The notes: generated by a model from the sequence alone, not told the origin. A stretch of DNA of 64,000 nucleotides from the human T2T-CHM13v2.0 reference genome, Homo sapiens (GCF_009914755.1 NC_060930.1); one strand, 5' to 3'. Numbered from the stretch's first letter, positions 43,746 to 57,845 are shown. A program made the numbers and translations.

Positions 43746-44058
43746 GGCTGAGCATGGTGGCTCATGCCTGAAATCCCAGCACTTTGGAAGATCGACGAGG
43801 GAGAATCACTTAAGCCCAGGAGATCAATACCAGCCTGGGCATATAGTGAGACTACGTCTCTACAAAAAATTTTAAAAACTGGCCAAGTGTAGTGGTGTGT
43901 GCCTGTAGTCCTAGCTACTTGGTAAGCTGAGGTGGAAGAATTGCTTGAGCACAGAAGGCGGAGGTTGGAGTAAGGCATTTAGCCAAGATTGCAACACTGA
44001 ACTTCACCCTGGGTGACTGAGATCTTGTCAAAAACCAAAAAACAAACAAACAAACAAA
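43746..44058 (+). mobile_element. AluJ
   Basis: Diverged dimer, (CAAA)n tail. Confidence 0.93.
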
Positions 44059-45869
44059 AGTAGTACTGGAAAAAGAGAAGGAGAGCTGTTCTATGTGGCT
44101 AGACATGCTCTTTACACATTAGCATCTTTTGCAATTCCTTACCTAGATCATTAAATAAATACATAATTTATTTAATGCATTGATGTTTATTAAAATTTTA
44201 ATACATATTAAGATGGTTTCACTACAGGTATTACCGATAATAGATACTTCAACACAGGTTCAGAAAATCTGCAATGCATGTCTTCAAACTAGTAAATTTT
44301 ATTCCTTACCACTCTTGTCAGCATAATCTCTTTATTGCCACCAAGAGTCTTGGATCTAGGTCAGTCAGAATGTAGCAAAGGGATGTCAGAGCTATTGTGG
44401 TCAGTGAGCAGACATTAAACAGGAAGTAAATAAGATATTTGTCATATAAATCTATACATAATATAGGCATATATTTTCCATTAATTCATATTCATTCAGA
44501 TACTAACATGAATTGAGCAAGACTCTGCCTCTTGCATATAATACATGTGTTCTAAAGACAATGGGCAGATTGGAGTTGGAATATACCAGCAAATGTAATC
44601 ATTCTAAATTAGTGACCTGGGGGATTGGGCATGAATCCTAAACACAGTATGAGAAATTATTACTCTGTAGTAAAGGTTTCAATAATACATTATACACATT
44701 TCACCACTCAAAACACCAAAGGAAATCTGTATACAAAGCAGCAACATAGTTAATACTGTTTCCCTATTAACTTTATGATGCATAATACTTATATAATGCT
44801 GTGAAAATGCTCACTTACAATGAAGGATAATGACTACAATAACACTTTATTCAATGCTTTAATTTGTCCCATGAATCATCCAGGCCTATATAATTGCATT
44901 GGTAATATGACACTATTGTATAAACAGGTCTTGTGCAAATGGAATGGGTCCTTCCTAACTGGGCCATGGTAAGCACTTCTATGAAAAGATTTGCTAGGTA
45001 ATTTTACCTGAATGTATCTGCTCTCTCACAGAATTTATTTTTTTCTTATTTTGTAAATCTATACATAGACTGAAACTTGATTGTCCTACAACACTAAAAT
45101 AAGATTGAGGAAGGTTTGCTGGGTTTTCAAGTGCTGTATTGATTCCTAGAAAATATTTATTTCTATGCATTAATAGTTTTATGCTACCTACTGTGGATAT
45201 TATATCTACTTCTCCTCATACTTAAGTGACGATGAGGCATTATAATTAAATAATCAAATGTGAGCTATATTTAGTTATGTAACAAGTTAATGAAATATTT
45301 CATGTAAATGAGTGGCTAGATGGAGAAGTTTTTGAAAGATCAATGGGGATTGTGATGATTATGGAATATATATCAACAATGAAATGAGTATAATGCTGAT
45401 TTTCACTACAGAGAATGGTAATGCAATTATGACCAATAATATAAAAACATGTTTAAAATTATCTAAAAGATATGTTTTATCCTTAAAATGCAATAAGGAA
45501 AGGGTAAAATATGCCCTATTTGAATCCCTGTCAAAAATTCAGAAAATTATCAGAAACAAATATACAGAAACAGGCTAAGATAAATTAAACTTCTATAGAC
45601 TCTGAAAAATTATAGAGTTTTTCAAAAGGCAACAGATTTTCTTATTCTTTTTTCTTGTTTTTAAATGCCTAATCTTTGAGGCCTGCAGTTTACAAAAAAT
45701 TATCTGAGCGTGATGATAAACCTAGGATCAGAACTGAAGATTACTGCAGACCTAGAATGAATAAAAAACCAAAATGTTAAATGGGGGGCTCAATTTGGGC
45801 CTATACATTTTATATGATAAGATGCAGTCAATAAAATAAAGCTACTGAAGATCTCACATTAACTTAAGA

Positions 45870-46080
45870 AGTACTTGTGTTATAATGTTATGTAAAAAAA
45901 ATCCACAACATAAAATTAGATCTCACATGATAACTAATATAGAATAATGGAAGAAGATATACAAAGATGTTAACAAAAAATGGCTTTGGATCATCAGAGA
46001 ACAGGTTTCATTTTTCAATACTAGCAAATTTATTTTATATTTTAAAATTACTGTAACAACTATAATTTTATAACTAAAAT
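45870..46080 (+). mobile_element. L1ME3/4-type 3' end
   Basis: tataatgttatgtaaaaaaa..tggaagaagatatacaaagatgttaaca..tataatttataact. Confidence 0.5.
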
Positions 46081-46199
46081 GTAGCAATGTGATGTAAAAA
46101 TGTCACGGCTACTACTAGATGTATTACAATCATGGAAAGGGAAAGGAAATCAGCAACGATGTAGAAATTTGATTCAGATAAAGATTGAATTAGGTGAAG

Positions 46200-46515
46200 A
46201 GCTTTACTTAGAGATACTTAAGTTACAGTCTGGAATATAGTCATCCTGTTAATGTGTTCAAATACCATATTTATTTTGCTGAAAGATTCCATATTTCAGA
46301 AGAGTCATACTTTCCTGAAAATTCAAGTCTTACAGTGGTATGGAGAAAAGGAAAAAAAATAGAGCAGAAAGAGGAATCAGAATGCCAGGGGCTACTGGGG
46401 ACTTGAGGTGGTGGACTTATTAGTAAATAAGGTTTGTATGTTGGTTTCAATATGAGGGCAAGATTTGAGCAAAGCTTTGAGAGAGGAGAGAGTGCTAGCC
46501 AAATTGATATATAGT
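46200..46515 (-). mobile_element. L2 fragment
   Basis: ggtatggagaaaag..agagcagaaagagg..agatttgagcaaagctttgagagaggagag. Confidence 0.5.
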
Positions 46516-47845
46516 CTACACTGTTTTAAATAAGCTGACATATTGCTTCTTTTTTGAAAGGTTCTGGAATCCTAGTAACTCTAATGCAAACAACCACTTG
46601 ACTTCTTTGGAACATTTACACAAATGACCCCACAGCACTCATAATTAAAGTTAGTTTCTATTCTGAGTTGCTAGCTGAAATTATTATTCTATTAGGATTT
46701 TGTTCTGTATTATTATGTTATTAGCACTATGGGAGTTACCAAGAGAAGCTGCTCAATGATAACAGCCCCATTAATGCCTCTAGTGAAATACTTTAAACAG
46801 TTCTTTATTGATCTTGGTTCCAAATACATCAAAATGTTGTATTACAGTTTTGTTGAACTATTCACCCTACTGGCATTCTCAGGTGGCTACATTCCCAGTT
46901 CAAAAGTTCTTATTCTTGAGCTCCAGGTAGAAACGAAGAAATAGCAAAACTGACCTAACTGAAAAATGTGGGTTGACTTTATTCAAGCTTTTTAATCATT
47001 AAAAGAAATATTTTACTTCTTTTTTCCGTATTAGGAATGTGCTAGTTGTCATTTATTTGTATTAAATTTATATAAATATACACATACACACATATATACA
47101 TACAAAGTAAGAAACCCCAAGAATAAAGACTGCAATGAAAATATAATTTATTATATGAAAGCTCTAAATTCTAATTCACTACTCTAAGACCAGTCCAATT
47201 CACAAGTAAATGAATGACCTGAACTGACCCTCAGACAATTAATCAAGAGGTCTTGAATGTGTTTCATTCTAACCCTAATAAAGATCTATTTAAATCATAG
47301 TTTCTGTCATGAAATACGTGTATATATTCTACTTGTGGCTGAAGTTAAGCCAAGCTAAATTTGTAAACAATTATTCTATATTTATCATTGAGCTTTATGA
47401 TATGCCAGTTGGCCTGGTTCTGATTCAAATGCATCATAACGGTAGCATACGCAGTCTTGCAGAACTGAGGCTTCCTTTTGACAGTGCCACTATTGAGGGC
47501 CATAAGGAGCATATAATAACTGAAGTCACTAACATAAACTCAACAGCATGTATGATTATTTAATTGTTTTACTTCAATCCAAATAATTTTCTAACTTCAT
47601 GAAGAGTAAGACCATCAACAGCAAGTGTACAGAAGGTAGATGTCATTAAATAATTTATAATCAAGTCCACAGTGAAGAATATATACGATGCTGTTGTTTT
47701 CATGATATTCAATTAAGGCAGTCATAGTGCCAACTATTTCACTATACTGAGGCAAACAGATATTTGCTAAAGTATTTTGAATCATTTATTACTCAGTCAG
47801 TTGGGTAAAACTTTATTTATACTGAAATTAACTGAATTTTGCTTT

Positions 47846-47881
47846 CTACACTTGATCTTAGCCAAAAAGCCAAGAAGTGAT
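47846..47881 (-). pseudogene. U2 snRNA 3'-truncated (tailless) retropseudogene, nt 1-36
   Basis: Minus strand ATCACTTCTTGGCTTTTTGGCTAAGATCAAGTGTAG vs U2 ATCGCTTCTCGGCCTTTTGGCTAAGATCAAGTGTAG (33/36); 12-bp TSD tgaattttgctt at 47833-47844 and 47882-47893. Confidence 0.93.
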
Positions 47882-48069
47882 TGAATTTTGCTTCCTTTTC
47901 TATCTCACATAAATGTAGACTCATACTCTAAACGGTTTCCCTGTCTATTGTGAATAGTTTCTATGAAAGGAGGTCCTAATATTTTATATAAACTGTATAT
48001 ATATATAGTAACAACAACACAGTATGCTATTTCAAACACCAAAAAGTGTCATTCTTTAGAATGATGAAG

Positions 48070-48679
48070 TGCTCTTCATCGTTCTAAAATGTTGATGAAA
48101 TTAAATTAAAATTGTACTTTATAAGTTTACCATCAGCCTGTAAGTAAGGTCATCTCAACATTCTTACTCAAGCATGAAATAATATGAGTAAAATAAGATT
48201 TAAATAATTAAGATACATACGTTAGATTTGGCAGAAAGAGAAAACTTCAATTCTCTAGCATTTGTGCCTCCAAACTGTATCCTATATCACTATTGAAATC
48301 AGAAAGGAACATAAAAACAGCAATTTTAAAATGTCAATTTCTTTTTAATACATGAAGTTAGATCTGCCATGTGTTGAACAGATTTTTCTCATACATTATA
48401 CCTTAAAAACTTTATTTTTCATCTATTATGCCTTGAAGGTTTTTCCATTGACCTATCTAAAACAGTTGAGATGAAAATGGACTTATACTTTTTAAAAGCT
48501 AATTTAATTAGCCAGTCTCCATTATTTTTGCCAATATTTATTTTGGCAAAAGTAAATAAATCTATATTATGCTGTAATAAATTATATTGGAAAAAGAAGT
48601 ATATAACAAGTTAATATTTTTAAAAATCTGCTCTTTGTCATTCTAAAATGCCAATGAAATTAAATCAAAATTGTACTTT
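48070..48679. repeat. Dispersed 51-bp direct repeat (48070-48120 and 48629-48679)
   Basis: 44/51 identical, ungapped. Confidence 0.9.
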
Positions 48680-49568
48680 GGGAGGCAGATCTGTTGACAA
48701 GAAAAAAGAAGTGTTCGTGAACGCAGAGCATGCCCCTTCTTTTAATTGATTACACTCTGGCTCATAAAAATGTGTAGTAAGTAAACTGTATGTATTTCAC
48801 TGTATTACTGTAAAAGAGATTCATAGGAGGTAACTAGACTCTTTATTATTAATATTCAAAGGTCAAAGCAAAATTGGGAGATGAATTGAAAAATACACAT
48901 TTCCCCAAAGTCTCTATTATAAAACAGTAAGAATAAAAACTCTCACTGACAACAGAAAGTTCAAATTTTAACCATATGCTCAGAGCTCATATATGATTTT
49001 CAGTTTCTGTGCCAAACTCTTCCATTTCTAAAAATCTTTCATTTTCTCTTCTATATGAAAATAAAGTATTTTGATATATAATTAGAGTTGAATAAGCATA
49101 CATGTTTTATATTTATCCTCCAGAATAAACATGTTGGTTTTTTTTCTTCCTACTATTAAGGCAATTTCATCTTGTGAAATCACAAAGCCTAGTGCTTTAC
49201 TGGCCTCTGTTGTTACAATCTCAGTATAACACTTCTACACATGCAGTGTAATACCATTTTGATATATTTGATGAAAAAATAATATGTAGTCTAAGGTTTT
49301 AAATGTGCCACAGAAGAGGAATCAAATTACTGTCAGATTATACAAAAAATTAAGCAATTCTTTTTGAGATAATATGTGGCATATAATTGCCACACATCAG
49401 ACATACATTGAAGTGAGAAAAACCTCATCTTCTAAAAGTTCCCTTAGTTACTTTTTATAAATCAATTAGATAGTGCTTTCTGTCCCAGATCATATACGTT
49501 CCTAGCAATCAAGCTAAACATATCCTGGCAGAAATCCTTGATGCATCTTGCCAAACGTGATGTTAATA

Positions 49569-49904
49569 TAGATTGAGCATTTCTAACCCAAAAATGTGAA
49601 AACTGAAATGCTCCAAAATTCGTAACTTTTTGAGCACCAATGTGAGATAGTGACACCTTTGCTTTCTGTTAGTTCAATGTATACAAACTTTATTTCATGC
49701 AAAAAATTGTTTCAAATATTGAATAAAATTAGCTTCAGGCTATGTGTATAAGGTGTATATGAAACATAAGTAAATTTTGCGTTTAAACTTGGGTCCTATC
49801 CCCAAGATATTTCATTATGTCTGTATACATATTTCAAATCTGAAAAAATTTGAAATCTGAAACACTCTGGCCCCAGGCATTTTGGATAAGGGATACTCAA
49901 CCTT
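49569..49904 (+). mobile_element. Tigger4b (MER46/Zombi) DNA transposon
   Basis: TIRs tagattgagcattt / agggatactcaacct flanked by TA; ctgaaatgctccaaaa..gggtcctatccccaagatatttcattatg. Confidence 0.88.
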
Positions 49905-50241
49905 TATTCACTTTGTAATGCTGAAGAGGGATTGTGTGAAGTAAATAATATATACTGCATTACAAAAAACACATCCAGGCCATAATTAATTTATTTAGAG
50001 TCAAGAGATTAAGCCTGTATTTTTCCTGTGTAGAGATGGTAACCACTGAAGTATCAATTTTACCAAGTTTTCATCAAAGAAATGTAACTCAGTTTTTGCT
50101 TGATAAGATACCAAGGTACACAATATTATTAGAGATTTATTTCAATGACACGTTAAATGTTTCTTAAACTTTTAATTGCATAAATAGAGACAATAAAAAT
50201 AGCAAAGAGATGCTTTCTAGGTTATTAAAGAATAGGAGAAG

Positions 50242-50529
50242 GGCCGGGCACAGTGGCTCATGCCTGTAAGCCCAGCACATTGAGAGGCCAAGGCAGGCAG
50301 ATCACTTGAAGTCAGGAATTCGAGACCAGCCTGGCCAACACGGTGAAGCCCTGTCTCTACTAAAAATACAACAAAATTAGTCAGGTATGGTGGTGCCGCC
50401 TGTAGTCCCAGCTACCCGAGAGGCTGAGGCAAGAGAATTCCTTGAACCCAGGAGGTGGAGCTGAGATCGCATCACTGCACTTCAGGCTGGACAACAGAAT
50501 GAGACTTAGTCTCAAAAAAAAAAAAAAAA
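50242..50529 (+). mobile_element. AluS (Sx/Sz)
   Basis: Dimer with poly(A); degenerate TSD aaagaataggagaa / aaagaacagaagaa. Confidence 0.95.
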
Positions 50530-50769
50530 GAACAGAAGAAAATAGCAGGAATTGTTGTCTTAAAAATGTCATTGAGTGTGCCCTAATCATCTTTGTCTTA
50601 ATGTAAAAGCTCAGCTGTCATCTTTGCTGACAAACTAAGGCTTTACTATAAAGCCTACAAAGACTGACTCTCCAGGTAGTCCTTTTCCTCCCAGCTATTG
50701 TCCAGATCAGTACTTTCCAAAGGAAAGATAACTGAGCCACATATTAATTTTTAAGTAAAAATAATAAGT

Positions 50770-50975
50770 AAAAGAAAAAGAAGAAAAGGAAGGAAGGGAG
50801 GAAGGAAAGAAGGCAGGCAGAAAAGGAGGGAGGGAGGGAGGGAAAGAAGAAAAAATAAGAAAGAAAAAAGAGAAAAAGAAAGAAAGAGAGAGAGAAACAG
50901 AAAGAAAGAGAAAGAAAGAAAAAGGAAGGAAAGGACAAAGGAAGAGAGGAAGGGAAAGGAAAGGAAGAAAGGGAA
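50770..50975. repeat. ~200-bp GA-rich polypurine tract
   Basis: Almost pure A/G (GAAG, GGGA, GAAA units). Confidence 0.95.
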
Positions 50976-51279
50976 CTTCTCAAAGATATAATATTTCTGA
51001 GTTGGGAGAATATGATAAAATACATATGCAAAATATTCAGAACGTGAGAAGGTGTTAAGAGCAAGGGCTAAAAATGGAAATGGAAAGAGGGATAGATAGA
51101 TCCAGAGGTTGAGGGCCCATTTGCAAATTTAAAAGGGTGATCAGAGTGTATTATAGAGGTGGTGATATGTTTTAAAGACTTAAAAATGTCAAGGAAGTAA
51201 ACCATATGTATAAATAGGGGGAAGAGTTTTTCAGGTATGGGGCACAGTAGATGAATAATTCTTGCTAGGTGCATATTTA

Positions 51280-52100
<821 letters not shown>

Positions 52101-52454
52101 TCTAGTGTCAGAAAGAGTCAGGAGACCTATGAGACTTAGGCAGAGTGTGGCACTAGAAGAAAAATAGAAGATGTGGGCTGAGGGGAGATGGGTGACCAAA
52201 TCATGGAGGACCTTATAGACTATTACGAAGACTTTACCTCTTAATGTAAGAATTAGAAAGCCTACGAAGGATCATTGCTAGCTGCTAATACTGAGAATAA
52301 ACTATACACAGCCATAAGAAAGAGTGAAAATTAGAAAATGTGTCCAGTAACTGGGTAAGAGATAATAATGTCTTATTCCAGGGCAAAGGTGTTTATACTA
52401 TAGTCATGTTCTGGGTATAGCTTGAAGATTGGGTCAACAGAATTTGCAGACAGA

Positions 52455-52734
52455 TTTTTTTTTTTTTTTGAAACAGAGTCTAGCTCTGTTGCCCAGCCTG
52501 GAGCGCAGTGGCAGGATCTCGGCTCACTGCAAGCTCTGCCTCCCGGGTTCACGCCATTTTCCTGCCTCAGCCTCCTGAGTAGCTGGGACTGCAGGTGCCT
52601 GCCACCACGATCGGCTAATTTTTTTGTATTTTTTTTAATAGAGATGGGGTTTCACTGTGTTAGCCAGGATGGTCTTGATCTCCTGACCTCGTGATATGCC
52701 CGCCTCTGCCTCCCAAAGTGCTGGGATTACAGGC
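52455..52734 (-). mobile_element. AluY, lacking first ~20 nt, in the tail of the neighbouring Alu
   Basis: AluY diagnostics; ends at ..ttacaggc, directly joined to the T run of the next Alu. Confidence 0.93.
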
Positions 52735-53034
52735 TTTTTTTTTTGTTTTAAGAAAGAGTCTCGCTCTGTCACCCCGGCTGGAATGCAGTGATGCAATCTC
52801 AGCTCACTGCAACCTCCGCCTCCCACGTTCAAGCAATTCTCTGCATCAGCCTCCTGAGTAGCTGGAATTACAGGTGCCTGCCACCACGCCCAGCTAATTT
52901 TTTTTTTTGTATTTTTGGTAGAGACGGGGTTTCACCATCTTGGCCAGGATGGTCTTGAACTCCTGACCTCGTGATCCACCTGCCTTGGCCTCCCAAAGTG
53001 CTGGGATTACAGGCGTGAGCCACTGTACCCGGCC
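52735..53034 (-). mobile_element. AluS (Sg/Sc-like)
   Basis: Full dimer; TSD cagacagattt at 52447-52457 and 53035-53045 brackets both Alus. Confidence 0.93.
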
Positions 53035-53560
53035 CAGACAGATTTAATATAGGGGACAAGAGAAAGAGAAGAGTTAAGGGTAACTTTAATATTTATGAGT
53101 AATTGGAAGAATGAAGTTGCCACAGATTAGAAGAGAAAGATTGTGAGAAGAGCAGATTTAGAAGTGAAAAGAGTTCTGTTTTGGACTCGTTAAGTTTAAG
53201 ATATCTATTTAAATGTTTTGACAACTAGAGGCCTGTGAGGGAAAGAAAATAAAAAGCAATTTGCTTTCCTGTAAGCCAGGTGGAAAGAGGTGGATGTGCT
53301 TCAAGAAGGAAGAAGTAAACAACTGAATTAAATGTTACTAATAGGTCAAATAAATTGAAGACTGAGATTTGACTATTTCATTTAATACTAGAATAAAAAG
53401 AAACTTCTTTTTAGAATTTGAGAAATAAAAGTAGATATTAAAAAATCCATAGAATGGAAGAGAAAATATGATTTCTAAAAAAGAGGAGAAAAATTACTGG
53501 AATTATTGGATTATGCAAGTAAAATCAGATAGATTCTAGCACAAAAGAAGTGAGGATTTT

Positions 53561-53792
53561 TAGCTGGGCATGGTGGCGGGCTACTGTAATCCCAGCTACT
53601 GGGGAGGCTGAGGCAGGGAGAATTGCTTGAACTTGCAGAGGTTGCAGTGAGCCAAGGTCACACCACTGCACTCAAGCCTGGGTGACAGAGCAAGACTCTC
53701 TCAAAAATAAGTGAAAAAGAAAGAAAGGAGAGAGAGAGAGAGAGAAAGAAAGAGAAAGGAAAGGAAAGAGAGAGAGAGGACGGGGAGGGAGG
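53561..53792 (+). mobile_element. 5'-truncated Alu (right arm) with GA-rich tail
   Basis: TSD gaggatttt at 53552-53560 and 53793-53801. Confidence 0.9.
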
Positions 53793-56439
53793 GAGGATTT
53801 TGCCTAGAAACACTGAGAATTCATTCGGAATAATAAGAGGAAAACCAGGAGTATTTGTACAGTTACAGGTAGATTGTAGACTTGTAGACATGATATGGAA
53901 GCATGTGAAAGTTCTCCTCCAATTTATCAAGCAAGTGTAGAAGTGGATGTTAAAGGTTGAAGAAGAGGAGATAGTATGAATTAGTCATATGGAAGAGTGG
54001 ATTGTGAAGTGTAGCATGATCACTGGGTTATACAAAGAATGTCTTTGAGATTAGCGAAAAAAAAAAGCAGCCCAGGATCAGTGCTCCTTTGACAAATCTC
54101 TTTCTAGGATCATGGCCTCTCTACACGTGTGATCTAAGAGTTCACATAAAATGCCCTCTACGTCTAGTTGAACATTGTCTGACACTGGTAATGTTTGGCT
54201 TTATCTAACCTCAGTTGAATTCTTGCCCACTGAAAATAGGTTGTGATTGAAAATTCTTCAGTGATTTTTAAATGTATTCCATTCTTAATGGCTGATCTCT
54301 TCTCTCATTTAAACACAGTTAGAATTCACACTCATTAAATGATGACTTTTTAATTAGAGAAGATAGTCTGGAAAAGTCTGTGCTTCCGAAGCTTTAGTAA
54401 TTTGCAAAGCACCTTCAGGAGTTTCTTCTTATCTAGTTGCGTTGAATGGACCTATGTTAATTTGTCTGTGAAGCAAGTGTTATGTACTTTGAGTAAATAT
54501 TGGTAGCCTTTGGCAGTTTGAGGTAGGTAGGAGCTATTCAACTTGTCTCCCATTATCTCTATGCCAGCTGGTATGTCACAATAACTGCAAGTCTTATTCC
54601 AATTTCTGATAAAGATACAAACATTGAGAAGAAACAAAACAGCCAAGCAATCTGTTCATACAGGCTTAGTGGAGATCTCACTCTATCCTGAGACATTCCA
54701 GGGAGCACCTTGTGAGAAGTTTCACGCTGAGGTAGAGTTAACACTCTTCTGATGGCGGGATCAGCCACACCACATGTCTAGTCAGATTGGTTGGCAGAGT
54801 ATTCTAGTTAATCAGAAGCCCAGGACTAAACAGATTTCTAAACCTAAAGTGGAACTCCCTATGTGTGAGAATGTCAGACTTGCCATTTTCTTACTTGTTA
54901 TGCATGCAAGGGTGGGAAACTGTAAAATCATGTGTTTTAAAAGCATGTGTTTTAATATTACTCATCAATTAAAAAAATACTGCATGCACCCCTAATGACA
55001 ATTATTAAATGTCCCCATATAGACTTTAATGACAATATTGAAGTGCTTAAACATTCTGAACTAAAGATTCCTGATTTGGATAGTGCAAATGCCAACCAAA
55101 CACTTGGTTATAATCAAGGTTATAAATCAAGGTTAACTAAAACACACGAATTCACATTGATATAATATTGTTTATGTGGAGTAATTCATCCTTGCTCACC
55201 GAAATCAGAACCAGATAATCAGTACTCTTACTTCATGCCATTTGCATATATGTATATGTAATGTGTCTACTTAAATGTCTTCCTTGTCAATATGTACATT
55301 AAATAATAAATTTGAGAACTAGCTATATTTCATTGTAAAAAATGCACTTTCAATAAATGCCTGACTCGAAAATGTTTGGTAGACAGTCTAAATGAGGCTG
55401 CACTTTGAAAACTTAATGACTTTAATATTCATCAAAGTAAATATAGTCTTGGTATTAAAATTATATTTTCAGAATAGCATAAATATGAGAAGGTCTATCA
55501 ACTCTGTACTATTATTAGTATTAATAGATTAAAACGCACAAGCATTGCCAAAAAGTAAAAATAATTTTCTCTCCATGTGGTATCCTAGTGAAACACAGTT
55601 TACAACAAATACATAATTTTAAAAAATTTAATTACATTATTTTCCTATAATTCTATTTTATAAAATCTATCTTAATAATTATTTAACAAACCCTCTGAAA
55701 ATAGAATCAGAAGAATCTCATCTCTCTTGCTTATTTTTAATTAATGTATATTAAATTTCTCTCCTAATAATAAGTTATAAGACAATTCTCATTCAAATAA
55801 ACTTTAGATACCAGTAAAGGACTCTCATTACGTCAGGTGGAACCTAAAAAATTAGCCTTTTAGTATACCAGATTTATTTATTCTATTTAGAAATAAATAT
55901 ATTTCCATAATACTTGCCCTTATAGTCTTCATTTTACTATATATTATACAGATACTTTATGAAGAATTTTTTCAGCTACTTTTAACTGCACTATTTTGTC
56001 CCAAATTAAATAAAACTAGCTCATTTTCAATCATTTGCATGATCATGAACAACATTGTAGCAATAATTAATTAGCTTCCAAAATACTTGAAAACTAAATA
56101 AAACATTTATGTCAGTAAGGTCATAAGGGAAAATGTGATAGAATTTGAACAAAAGGAAGGGGAAAAGAGGAAGAATTTTAGAAGAGAGAGAGAGACACAG
56201 AAGGCAGAGAGACGAAAGATGCAGAAAAACCTGAGGAGAAAATAGTGTCAGATCCAAGTATAAGATTATGCTCTCCAGTTGCATTGGTTCCAAAACTCAA
56301 AAATTCAAAAATTTTAAAAATAAATACAAATTTATAAGACAATTTTTAGAGATGCAAAAAAATCTGGGGGGAAACATGAGAGATTATATCAAAAGAGATA
56401 GTCTTGCCCCCTCAATCTCTAATAATCTCTACTCTTGAC

Positions 56440-57170
56440 CGTGACTCTCATCTGTTGACTTTATTTCTTCTTCACTAAGAAAATTAAAACAATCAGAGAA
56501 AATCTTTTATAGACTCCCACTACTCTAAGTACCAACCTTCTACATCTGTACCCGTGCATTCTGCCTTCATGAATACTCTCCTGTCCAAGGCTATTTCCTT
56601 TCATATGTGATAGTTCCCATGCTCTTTTGTCTATTTATGAACACTGTTCCAGAAATTCTCTTCTCATTCTCATGATTGTCAATTTTTTCTTCATACTTGA
56701 TGATTTTATGAGCTCAAATATATGCTGTTATTTCTGTCATGATGAAACATAAATGACTCTCGATCTTATTTTTCTTTCTGGGGCAGCACCATTTCTCTCC
56801 TCCCATTACCACAGAATTCATTGAGAGATTTCTCTGTACTTCGAATCTCCAATTCCTCTTTTCTCATGAACCCACTATTTTAAGTTTTCCTCTCACTACC
56901 CTCTACAACTCTTATTAATAGCACCAATGATTGCCTCTGTTAAATATTCAAAATACTATCATAATTTTGTTTTCTTCTGTCTAAAAGGACACTCCTTCTC
57001 AGTCCGTTCTGCAGATCTTGTGATGTCTCCAATCTTTAAGTGCTGGCATTCCCCAGGTTCATTTCTTAGTTAACTAATCTATCTCTATTCATTCTCCTGA
57101 CGATCTTATCTAACAATAATTCTCTATCCCCAAATTTATATTTCCAATCAACCATTTCTCCTGAGCATCA
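56440..57170 (+). mobile_element. L2 fragment
   Basis: cttcactaagaaaattaaaacaatcagag..ctcctgtccaaggc..tcatgaacccact..caaatttatatttccaa. Confidence 0.7.
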
Positions 57171-57591
57171 TGAGGACTTCATTGCTTTTTTGTCAAGTTA
57201 ACAAATCAAAACTACAAAGTTATTCTTCAAAACTTTCTTCTGTGTGTTGTTTAATCACAAGTATCTATTCAGTATAATCTCTCCCATCTTCTAGGAAGGC
57301 TACATATAAAGAAGTGAAACAGTACTGTTGACTTGGGGCAGCAACATTTGGAGATCCCTTTCACTACTGTGATGCTAAAAGTCTTGAAGAATGTCTGCTC
57401 TATGTTCAGTGCCACTGAATGCCATGTGTGGCTATTTCTCCAACAATGAAATTATAGCCAATGAAAATACTACATATACAGTTATTTTTGAATAAAATGG
57501 GATACATCTACTCATGATAAATTTCTTCTAATTCAAAAATATAATCATATCACATTTTTTAAAAACCTAAAATTACTATTATAAATTATTT

Positions 57592-57845
57592 CAGGGATTG
57601 GACTAAGGTATGAGGTAACTGGAGTATATACTGTTTTTGTTTTTTTATTTCACCTCAGGCTCTACTACACATTTAAAACTTAGTCTGCATTTAAAACTTA
57701 GATATTTTATTCATCCATTTTGCATTACTTTTTAATATTTAAATATTTCTTGAGATATTATTTGATTGTTGAGTTTTGTGGTAACTCCTTAAATTTTATG
57801 CCTGAAGCAGTTGCCTCACTTTTCTCACTGTCATTCCAAGCTCTT
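57592..57845 (+). mobile_element. MER96B-like hAT DNA transposon
   Basis: cagggattggactaaggtatgagg...ccttaaattttatgcctgaagcagttgcctcacttttctcac degenerate TIRs. Confidence 0.7.

Noticed and set aside
50744-51064. 106-aa F/S/L-rich ORF
   Set aside because: Translation of the GA-rich low-complexity tract.
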